Positions 56,467 to 64,000 of a DNA stretch of 64,000 nt are shown here, piece after piece. A program made the position numbers and the translations under genes. The stretch is from an uncultured Pseudobdellovibrionaceae bacterium (GTDB taxonomy: Bacteria > Bdellovibrionota_B > Oligoflexia > Oligoflexales > Bog-1112): NCBI GenBank assembly GCA_964611335.1, contig CAZSXR010000001.1:828818-892817 (forward strand), in the 5' to 3' direction. The notes beneath the pieces were generated by a model. That model was not told the DNA's origin. It saw nothing but the letters and a program-made list of their open reading frames with translations, and ran no database searches. Within the stretch, counting starts at the first letter, position 1. Each line of letters begins with the position of its first letter.

Positions 56467-57231
56467 ATGCAAGAAAGCCATGTTCCGCACATAGCTGTGC
56501 GCAATTTAAACAAAACGTTCAAACACAAACCGGTGTTGAAAAACATCAATCTGAATGTGTTTAAAGGTGAACTTACGGCAATTATTGGCCGTTCAGGTTG
56601 TGGAAAGTCTACGCTCCTGCGTTGTTTAAATGGTCTAGAACCTTTTGACAGCGGTTCCGTTCAGTTGGGTTCCATAGTACTTGAACGCAAAGTGCATACC
56701 AAAAACGATAGCATGGCTGTTTCTTTAAGAAAGAACTTTGGTTTGGTCTTCCAAGGGTTCAATCTTTTCCCTCACCTTACTATCTTAGAAAATCTTATCA
56801 AAGCACCTATGGTCGTCAAAAAAATGAAGAAAGAGGAAGCTGTCAGCATTGCTTTACCCTTTCTTGAAAAAGTTGGTTTGCTTTCTCATGTTGACTATTA
56901 CCCCAATCAACTTTCAGGTGGGCAACAACAGCGTGCAGCCATAGCTCGTGCACTCACTATGGCACCTAGCGTTATGATGTATGATGAGCCTACTTCTGCT
57001 CTCGATCCATGGCTTTCTGAAGAAGTCTTTAGAGTCATGCGACAACTTTCTGAAGAAGAAATGACTCAGATTGTTGTTACACATGAAGTACATTTTGTTC
57101 GTGAACTTGCTGACAAAGTCGTTTTTATCGAAGAGGGAGAAGTCGTTGAAGTGGGAACACCTGAAGAACTTTTTGACAATCCCAAAGATCCACGAACACG
57201 ACAGTTTCTGAAAAGAGGTGCAAAGGCATGA
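56467..57231 (+). CDS. Polar amino-acid ABC transporter ATP-binding protein
   Basis: Walker A GRSGCGKST, Q-loop, LSGGQQQRAAIARAL, Walker B MMYDEPTSALD and H-loop VTHE. GlnQ/ArtP-like. Confidence 0.9.
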   Translation: MQESHVPHIAVRNLNKTFKHKPVLKNINLNVFKGELTAIIGRSGCGKSTLLRCLNGLEPFDSGSVQLGSIVLERKVHTKNDSMAVSLRKNFGLVFQGFNLFPHLTILENLIKAPMVVKKMKKEEAVSIALPFLEKVGLLSHVDYYPNQLSGGQQQRAAIARALTMAPSVMMYDEPTSALDPWLSEEVFRVMRQLSEEEMTQIVVTHEVHFVRELADKVVFIEEGEVVEVGTPEELFDNPKDPRTRQFLKRGAKA

Positions 57232-58736
57232 CTTCACGAAATTGTATTGTTTTAATTTTTCTTTGTTTGTCTTCTTTTTTAAAAGCTGAAACTCCCGTTC
57301 TCCGATGGGGTGGAGACGTAAGTGGAAGTGCACCGTATCTGCTTCTCGACCAACATCATCCCGAGGTGATGATAGGTTTTGAAGTAGAGATTGCGGAAGC
57401 CATAGCGAAAGAAATGGGAATGAAAGCCAACTTTGTTCAGAATCAGTGGGAAAATCTGATCCCAGGTTTGAACAGAGGAAACTATGACATCGTACTCAAT
57501 GCGATAGAGATCACGGAAGATCACAAACAGGAAGTCGATTTCTCCGATCCTTATTTTTATACTTTTGAACAATTGAGTTTGCGTAAAGACACAAACGACA
57601 TCACAGATTGGAAAGACCTTCTCGGAAAAAAAGTAGGTGTTACCAAAGAAACTTACGCTGAAAGACTTCTACGCGAACATGGTGGAATCGAAATCGCAAG
57701 TTACGATGACCAAACGCCTCTTTATGATGACCTTGCGTTTGGAAGACTCGATGCAGCTTTAATGGATCAACCTGTTGCAAAATACTATGCAGATATAGAT
57801 CCTCGTTTGAAATCTTTGAAAAAAAATTTCGGTAGCGTCGCTTACGGAATTTGTGTGCGCAAAGGAGAAACCGAACTCCTTCATAAAATAAACAGCGCTT
57901 TAAAGAATATCATCTCTTCTGGAGAGTTGCGTCATATCTACGAACGATGGGGTATTTGGAATGAAGATATGGCTAAAATTTTCCAGGATAATTCACCCAT
58001 TCATATGGCAGACAGCGCCTTCCAATCTTATGTTAAAGCATTTCAAACCCAAGACGCTTTCAAAAGCCGCATAGAACAGTATCAATCCTACATACCTTTG
58101 CTCATTGGCGGAGCTTTAATAACGTTAAAGTTATCTTCACTCGCCATGCTCTGTGCGATTTTACTCGGTCTTTTTATTGCACTTGCTCGTCTTTATGCTC
58201 CTCGACCTCTTGCTTTTTTAGCTTTTGCTTTTGTAGAAATCATAAGAGGCACACCTTTACTGATACAACTTTATCTCATCTACTACGGCTTACCAAACAT
58301 AGGTATTAAACTGGATCCTTTCACTGCTGCAATCATAGGCCTTGCTATGAATTACAGTGCCTATGAATCTGAAATTTACAGAGCTAGCATTGCCTCAATT
58401 CCTCACGCACAAATGGAAACAGCTCTTGCGTTAGGCTTGAATCGTTGGCAAGCTCTTGTTCACATCATCATTCCTCAATCTATCCGCATTGTGATGCCGC
58501 CTATGACCAATGATTTTATTTCTCTGCTTAAAGATTCTTCTCTTGTTTCTGTTATCACTTTGGTTGAACTGACAAAAGTCTATGGGCAACTTGCCGCAGC
58601 ATCTTACGACTACTTAGGTGTTGGGATTCTCACTGCAATCATCTATTTTCTTATGGGTGTACCGTTTGTACGGTTGTCACGTTGGATTGAAAAGAAATAT
58701 AGTTTTGATACCCACACTCTGCATGGAGTGCATTAG
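57228..58736 (+). CDS. Fused periplasmic substrate-binding domain + permease of a polar amino-acid ABC transporter
   Basis: Signal peptide, then a family-3 SBP (GFEVEIAEAIAKEMG...DIVLNAIEIT...DFSDPYF). This is followed by a HisM/GlnP-type permease with an EAA-like loop (YESEIYRASIASIPHAQMETALALGL). Confidence 0.85.
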   Translation: MTSRNCIVLIFLCLSSFLKAETPVLRWGGDVSGSAPYLLLDQHHPEVMIGFEVEIAEAIAKEMGMKANFVQNQWENLIPGLNRGNYDIVLNAIEITEDHKQEVDFSDPYFYTFEQLSLRKDTNDITDWKDLLGKKVGVTKETYAERLLREHGGIEIASYDDQTPLYDDLAFGRLDAALMDQPVAKYYADIDPRLKSLKKNFGSVAYGICVRKGETELLHKINSALKNIISSGELRHIYERWGIWNEDMAKIFQDNSPIHMADSAFQSYVKAFQTQDAFKSRIEQYQSYIPLLIGGALITLKLSSLAMLCAILLGLFIALARLYAPRPLAFLAFAFVEIIRGTPLLIQLYLIYYGLPNIGIKLDPFTAAIIGLAMNYSAYESEIYRASIASIPHAQMETALALGLNRWQALVHIIIPQSIRIVMPPMTNDFISLLKDSSLVSVITLVELTKVYGQLAAASYDYLGVGILTAIIYFLMGVPFVRLSRWIEKKYSFDTHTLHGVH

Positions 58737-58750
58737 ATAGGGATAAAAAG

Positions 58751-59959
58751 ATGAGTGCACGCAAAGAACTCTGGCATCAGCGTCGTCAAAAGCTTTGTCT
58801 TGCATCTGATTCGATCCCGCTCAATGCAGGAACCTGCTCCCCTCTCCCTAAAAAAATATTTGAACAAACACAAATATGGCGTGCGTTTCTAGCAAGCGAC
58901 CCAACTTATTTCCTCACCCAAGTCGCGCCCCTTCAAATTGAACTCTCAAGAAAAAAAACAGCTGAGTTTTTTTCAACTGGAGAAAACGATCTGCTGTTTT
59001 TTCCTAATGTTTCACATGCGCTTAATCTTATTCTGCAAAACTTTCCTTTCTATAAAGGAGCTGAGATACTCACTACAGATCAGGAGTATCCGCACTACTG
59101 GAATCTGTTTCAAGAAATAGAAAATAAGAAAGGATGTCGTTTTAAACGCATTCATATTCCGTTTGCCACAGAAGCGTCTCTTGATGCAAAACACATATTG
59201 GAACTCTTTCAAAAGCAATACACCTCTAAAACACAAGCCCTTTATCTCAGTCATGTAAGTTGTCAAACAGGTTTTGTGCTCCCTTTACAAGAGATCTGTG
59301 CGTGGGCAAACGAGAAAAATCTACAAACGATTATCGACGGAGCTCATGCAGTAGGGGCTCTTCCTGTGAATCTTTCAAATATAAACCCTACTTTTTACGC
59401 AGGAAATTTTCATAAATGGATGATGGGAGCCACAGGATCTTCGTTCTTATATGTTCATCCAGACTTTCGAAAAGATCTTAAACCTTTTTGCTGGACTCAA
59501 TATTATCCATGGAATGAAGAAGAAATTCTCGAACACAGGCATTCCACACATTTTGCAAATGCTTTTGAGTACCAAGGAACACGAGACCCAAGTCCCTGGA
59601 TGGTTATTTCAGATGTCATTGATTTCTTTAAAGAAATTCCTTTAAACGAACGCATGCAACATTCTGCTTATCTTCGTAATTTCTGCATAACGCGTTTAGA
59701 AAAAGAAGGTTTTGAACTCCTCAGCTCACGAAATCCCGAACAGTCTACATGCATGGTTTCTTTCAAATTACCGCACAAAGTGCGTGCCGCTTTTGCAAGA
59801 GAATCTATTCGCAACACTTACAATCTAGATGTGAGCTTTCCGGAGTTTGAAAACAAAGAAGTATGTTTGAGACTTTCAACAAGTTGGTTTAATACTGAAG
59901 AAGAAATCGTAACAGCTGCAGAGATTTTAAAAGACATAGATTGGTCTGAACTCACATGA
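58751..59959 (+). CDS. Class V aminotransferase-fold PLP enzyme (isopenicillin-N epimerase / cysteine desulfurase-like)
   Basis: Fold-type I layout with IIDGAHAVG and the PLP-Lys context GNFHKWMMGATGSSFLYV. Confidence 0.7.
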   Translation: MSARKELWHQRRQKLCLASDSIPLNAGTCSPLPKKIFEQTQIWRAFLASDPTYFLTQVAPLQIELSRKKTAEFFSTGENDLLFFPNVSHALNLILQNFPFYKGAEILTTDQEYPHYWNLFQEIENKKGCRFKRIHIPFATEASLDAKHILELFQKQYTSKTQALYLSHVSCQTGFVLPLQEICAWANEKNLQTIIDGAHAVGALPVNLSNINPTFYAGNFHKWMMGATGSSFLYVHPDFRKDLKPFCWTQYYPWNEEEILEHRHSTHFANAFEYQGTRDPSPWMVISDVIDFFKEIPLNERMQHSAYLRNFCITRLEKEGFELLSSRNPEQSTCMVSFKLPHKVRAAFARESIRNTYNLDVSFPEFENKEVCLRLSTSWFNTEEEIVTAAEILKDIDWSELT

Positions 59960-61368
59960 AAAAAAAACGTCTTGCAAAAAATCTCTTCGTTATAGCGCTT
60001 GTCGAAATTATTAACAAAGCTGTTCCTTTGATATTGCTTTATCTCGTTCCTAAACGTTTAGGTCTAGCAGGTTTTGGTTTTGCGCAAATCGGTTTGACTT
60101 TGATCGAAACAGCTATTCCTTTTATCACATTTGGCTATCAATATATTGCGGCGCAGGAAGTAGGTCGCAATGCAGAAAATAAAGTTTATATAGGATCTTT
60201 GAGTTCCAGTCTTATCTCTTTGAGAGCTATTCAAGCCTTGCTTACTTATATATTTCTTCTCCTTTTTTGCTGGTTTTCACCGCATTATATCGAATATGTT
60301 CCTTTTATAAGTTTTTGGGGGCTTGTTCTATTCACATCATCCTTAGAGATGATTTATGTACAAATGGGAGTTCAAAAATACCATTGGAACATGATCGTAC
60401 AAGGTCTTGCGAAAATTTTAGGATTATTTTGTATTTTTGTATTTGTTCATGATGCAAAAGATCTTATGCTCTATGGGTTTCTTTCTCTTTTGCCAAATAT
60501 GCTGATTTCCATTGTTTCTGTTTTTCTCAGTCAAAGTTCCTTGCGATGGTCCAAACCTCGTTGGGATCTTATGCAAATGTTGTTTAATAAAGGTTCTACT
60601 CTTGCCCTTGTATTTGTAACTCTTACATTGTTCGAAAGAATAGATGTTCTTCTAGTTGGTCGTATTTTCGATTTGGAAAGTGCGGGTATTTATGCAGGAG
60701 CAAGCCGTCTTGGTCAGGCTTTAAGCCAATCTCTGATTGCGATCACAAACCTTTTCTATTCGGAATTGGTTTCTATTTTCGATAAGAAAAAAATTACGGA
60801 GCACATAGAACTCGGTCTTTTCATACTCACGGCTTTGATGTTTCCCATCATGGTAGGTATACATTTTGTAGATAACGAGATTTTATCTTTCATGCTGACC
60901 TCTGGAGCTTCGAACCAAGGGAATATTTTGAGTGGCGTAGTATGGGGTGTCTTCTTCTATGGAATTATATTGAGTCTAGGGTTACAAGTTTTAGTTCTTT
61001 CTCAGAAGATAAAAATACTCGCTTATATTTTATTAGGTGGATCTTTGCTTCAAACATGTTTCTGTTATTTAGCGTCGTTGCATTCTATGAATGCTGTAGT
61101 CTTTGCCTCTATTCTTGCAAAAGCTTTAACAGCATTTTTTGTATATAGAGCGGCTACACAGAATCTTCATTCTTTGCACTGGACTCCTATTTTCAAAAAT
61201 GCCCTTGCTGCGAGTGTTATGCTTGTGTGTCTTCTCTGTTTTCGGGGTATTAAGATATTTGAAAATACAATCGTACAATCTATCGTTATAGCTGCGCCTG
61301 TTTATATTCTCATTCTTTTATTGTTGAACCATCAATGGGCTTTTCAAGTCTGGAAGAAACTAAGATAG
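59956..61368 (+). CDS. MOP-superfamily oligosaccharide/polysaccharide flippase (Wzx-like)
   Basis: 470 aa with ~12-14 TM helices. The N-terminus KNLFVIALVEIINKAVPLILLYLVPKRLG is typical of polysaccharide biosynthesis flippases. The start overlaps the upstream stop (ATGA). Confidence 0.65.
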   Translation: MKKKRLAKNLFVIALVEIINKAVPLILLYLVPKRLGLAGFGFAQIGLTLIETAIPFITFGYQYIAAQEVGRNAENKVYIGSLSSSLISLRAIQALLTYIFLLLFCWFSPHYIEYVPFISFWGLVLFTSSLEMIYVQMGVQKYHWNMIVQGLAKILGLFCIFVFVHDAKDLMLYGFLSLLPNMLISIVSVFLSQSSLRWSKPRWDLMQMLFNKGSTLALVFVTLTLFERIDVLLVGRIFDLESAGIYAGASRLGQALSQSLIAITNLFYSELVSIFDKKKITEHIELGLFILTALMFPIMVGIHFVDNEILSFMLTSGASNQGNILSGVVWGVFFYGIILSLGLQVLVLSQKIKILAYILLGGSLLQTCFCYLASLHSMNAVVFASILAKALTAFFVYRAATQNLHSLHWTPIFKNALAASVMLVCLLCFRGIKIFENTIVQSIVIAAPVYILILLLLNHQWAFQVWKKLR

Positions 61369-61429
61369 AATTTCTTCTATTTAAGTTTTTTTATCTCTTA
61401 CCGATGTCTATCCATGGGGGATTCCATCC

Positions 61430-62488
61430 ATGAAGATCTCATTTTATTTAAATTCTCTAATCCTAGTATACTCTTGCAACTCGCAACAGATTCCTGTTTC
61501 ATCATCAAGAAATGCTTTGGGTAGTGCTTCAGGTTATGTAGCCCCTCAAAATCCAAATTACAATTCGAATGCAAAATGGGATACGAATTCGAAATTGAAT
61601 TCGAAAAGTCCGCTCAATGCGAATACAAATAATTTGGGTCCACAAGGACAAATCCCATCATCTTCTTCTTCAGGATCGAATCTATACAATCGTAATAGAC
61701 TTATAAGTCAGGGGCCCGATACGGCACCTCCTGTCCAAGCTACACACATACCCGTTGGTGGAAGTGTTAGTTGCAGTGTGCATATCAATAGACCTTCGAC
61801 GGATCTTTGTGCCTATGATTTTTGTGGTTCTGCAGCTACGAATTCGCAAATTTCGAGTTCTCAGTATACAACAGCAACAGCACTTATTTCAGCGTTGAAA
61901 GCTCAAGGTCAGATGCCAAATCCTTGCACTAATGCATCTGTTATAAACGCTTTGGTGAATTTGCAAATATTAGATCTGAGTCATCAAAATATAAGCGATC
62001 TTTCTGCGCTCACTATGATGACAAATGTGCGTACTTTAAATTTAGACTTTAATTCCATTACAGATCTCAGCGCTCTTATGGGGATGACTCAGCTTCAATA
62101 TTTAAGTGCAAATAACAATCAACTCACGAATTTTACGGGAATTGCTACCCTTCCTCTTAAAGAAATCTATGTTGCGAATAATCAAATTACAAGTGTCAAT
62201 GAATTAGCTTCTATAAATACACTCAGCGTTTTAGATATAAGAAATAATCAGGTTTCATCTATCGTTGCCTTACTCACGCATAGCATTGAAATTTACGTTG
62301 CAGGGAACCCAGGAATTATAACAGAAGCAAGGTCTATGCCTAAACCTGTGCTTAGAAATGATGGTAATTGTACAACGCTACTGAATGATGCGGGAGGAAA
62401 TTTAGGTTCGAGTTGCTTCTTAGGGAGTCTTACAGTCATGTTCGGAGGCGGCATGCCCTCAAGGAAAAACATCATGAACGGAGATTGA
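61430..62488 (+). CDS. Leucine-rich-repeat lipoprotein (internalin-type ~22-residue LRRs)
   Basis: Signal/lipobox MKISFYLNSLILVYSC and an Asn/Ser-rich linker. At least 5 LRRs follow: LQILDLSHQNISDLSALTMMTN / VRTLNLDFNSITDLSALMGMTQ / LQYLSANNNQLTNFTGIATLP / LKEIYVANNQITSVNELASINT / LSVLDIRNNQVSS. Confidence 0.75.
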   Translation: MKISFYLNSLILVYSCNSQQIPVSSSRNALGSASGYVAPQNPNYNSNAKWDTNSKLNSKSPLNANTNNLGPQGQIPSSSSSGSNLYNRNRLISQGPDTAPPVQATHIPVGGSVSCSVHINRPSTDLCAYDFCGSAATNSQISSSQYTTATALISALKAQGQMPNPCTNASVINALVNLQILDLSHQNISDLSALTMMTNVRTLNLDFNSITDLSALMGMTQLQYLSANNNQLTNFTGIATLPLKEIYVANNQITSVNELASINTLSVLDIRNNQVSSIVALLTHSIEIYVAGNPGIITEARSMPKPVLRNDGNCTTLLNDAGGNLGSSCFLGSLTVMFGGGMPSRKNIMNGD

Positions 62489-62515
62489 AAAAAGGGGACA
62501 TGCACTTCTTTTCTT

Positions 62516-63802
62516 TTACAAATTAGCTTCTGTAAACTGCTCTTCTTCGGTTGAATCCTTCATGGCTCCTGTACTCATCTTTGCACCACCACTCAAAGTT
62601 GTGAGAACCTGATCAAAATAAGCTGCTCCCACTTCTCTTTGATGTCGAACTGCGGTGTAACCCTGTTCTGCGCTTTCGAACTCGGAAGCTTGAAGGCTTG
62701 CATAAGCAGACATTCCTTGGGTGAGGAATTTCGAAGCCAAGTCGAAAGAGTAGTAATTTAGAAGATGCCATCCTGCAAGGGTTACAAATTGAAATTTGTA
62801 ACCTAATTGAGCGAGATCTTTTTGGAAACTTGCAATAGAAGCTGCATCGAGATGTTTATTCCAGTTGAAAGAAGGAGAACAGTTGTAAGTGAGATATTTA
62901 CCAGGATAGTGTCTGTGTATACCTTCAGCAAAACGTTGAGCTTCCTTGATATCGGGAGTCGATGTTTCCATCCACAAAACATCGGCATAAGGTGCATAAG
63001 CAAGGCCTCTTGCTATTGCAGATTCGATGCCTGAATGAACGTAATGATAGCCTTCAGGGCTTTTTTCTCCTGTAAGAAATTCCTGATCGTATTCATCGCA
63101 GTTGTAAGTCATCAAACGAGCAGCGAGTGCATCGGTTCTTGCAATGAGTACTGTGGGAACACCACATACATCGGAAGCAAGTCTAGCAGCAGATAAAGTA
63201 CGTATAAAATGACTTGTAGGAACGAGAACTTTTCCACCCATGTGACCGCACTTTTTTTCACTTGCGAGCTGATCTTCAAAGTGTACAGCACCTGCACCTG
63301 CTTCGATCATATTCTTCATAAGTTCATAGGCATGTACAGGACCACCGAAGCCTGCCTCTGCATCTGCCATGATAGGCACAAACCAATCACGTGTGACACG
63401 ACCTTCTGATTTCTCAATCTGATCGGCTCTTATGAGTGCATTCTGTATGCGTTTGACCAGACTGGGGACACTGTTTACGGGGTATAAACTTTGATCAGGA
63501 TAGGTGTGAGAGCTGGTGTTTGCATCTGCTGCCACTTGCCACCCGCTGAGATAGAGGGCTTTTAAACCAGCTTTTACCATATTCACAGCTTGAGCGCCGC
63601 TGAGTGTTCCTAAGGCAACGGTGTAATCTGCATCGTTCAAAAGATTCCAAAACTTTTGAGCGCCAATTTGGGCAAGAGAGTACTCGATAGAAAGGGAAGG
63701 TCTGAGTTTGCAGACATCCTGTGCTGAATAAGACCTTTTACTGTGTTTCCAACGAGGGTTGCTTTGCCAATCATGAGATAAAAATTCTTGTCCTGTTCCC
63801 AT
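62516..63802 (-). CDS. aceA: Isocitrate lyase
   Basis: 428 aa with the [14 protein letters not shown] active-site motif, plus [11 protein letters not shown] and ARTDA segments. Confidence 0.95.
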   Translation of the reverse strand: MGTGQEFLSHDWQSNPRWKHSKRSYSAQDVCKLRPSLSIEYSLAQIGAQKFWNLLNDADYTVALGTLSGAQAVNMVKAGLKALYLSGWQVAADANTSSHTYPDQSLYPVNSVPSLVKRIQNALIRADQIEKSEGRVTRDWFVPIMADAEAGFGGPVHAYELMKNMIEAGAGAVHFEDQLASEKKCGHMGGKVLVPTSHFIRTLSAARLASDVCGVPTVLIARTDALAARLMTYNCDEYDQEFLTGEKSPEGYHYVHSGIESAIARGLAYAPYADVLWMETSTPDIKEAQRFAEGIHRHYPGKYLTYNCSPSFNWNKHLDAASIASFQKDLAQLGYKFQFVTLAGWHLLNYYSFDLASKFLTQGMSAYASLQASEFESAEQGYTAVRHQREVGAAYFDQVLTTLSGGAKMSTGAMKDSTEEEQFTEANL

Positions 63803-64000
63803 TCAAAACTCCTTGTGAAGGGTGTGCTAGTCTAGGTAACGGTATGCAAGAAGTGTTAGAAAATCAGGGCACTCCTCGCATAGAACGAGCTCGTCGAGTA
63901 ATTGTGAAGCTTCATTATAGCGTTGAGAACCATCACTTTGTAAAAGTGTGTTAAGTATTTCATTTTTAAAATTTGTGTACATATCTGTTGTAATGGTTTT

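Noticed and set aside
63721-63954. 77-aa plus-strand ORF overlapping the aceA start and upstream region.
   Set aside because: It overlaps the aceA 5' end out of frame, and has no SD or motif. The region is more plausibly the aceA promoter and leader.

Overview
A 64-kb chromosomal segment from an AT-rich Gram-negative (diderm) bacterium. The diderm call rests on TolC-like, porin-like, KdsB and lipoprotein genes. A Thermus-like ba3 oxidase, the futalosine-pathway gene mqnD and a REC-PilZ-like regulator suggest a Bdellovibrionota/Oligoflexia-like or similarly deep lineage; this is inference and cannot be settled from the sequence alone. I support about 56 protein-coding genes. By eye I found no rRNA, tRNA, CRISPR array, transposase, integrase or prophage genes. 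Housekeeping genes: tex, ndk, pgpA, a split biotin-dependent acyl-CoA carboxylase (BC, BCCP, CT) with two thioesterases, mmsA, frmA-fghA, ahcY, mqnD, folP, glnS, prfC, a 5'-nucleotidase, a ba3-type cytochrome oxidase operon with an SCO chaperone, kdsB, an amino-acid ABC importer and aceA. Interspersed accessory genes mostly encode exported proteins: a CX5R phosphatase, an S8 protease, a thermolysin-like zinc protease, a CHAP-like protein, an LRR lipoprotein and several unknowns. Two regions are the best candidates for new biology. (1) 17.4-25.2 kb holds a TolC-ABC-ABC-HlyD type-I-secretion-like operon. Its two ABC proteins have complementary degenerate ATPase motifs, and a leaderless Pro/Thr- and His-rich protein lies next to it. 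(2) 49.3-55.5 kb holds a signal-peptide-bearing 1111-aa protein (45-Ser tract, coiled coil, complete CCA-adding/poly(A)-polymerase-type nucleotidyltransferase). It is followed by a membrane-anchored atypical protein kinase and faces a GT-A-like glycosyltransferase. All family assignments are motif-level recognition from memory. No database search or computation was run.
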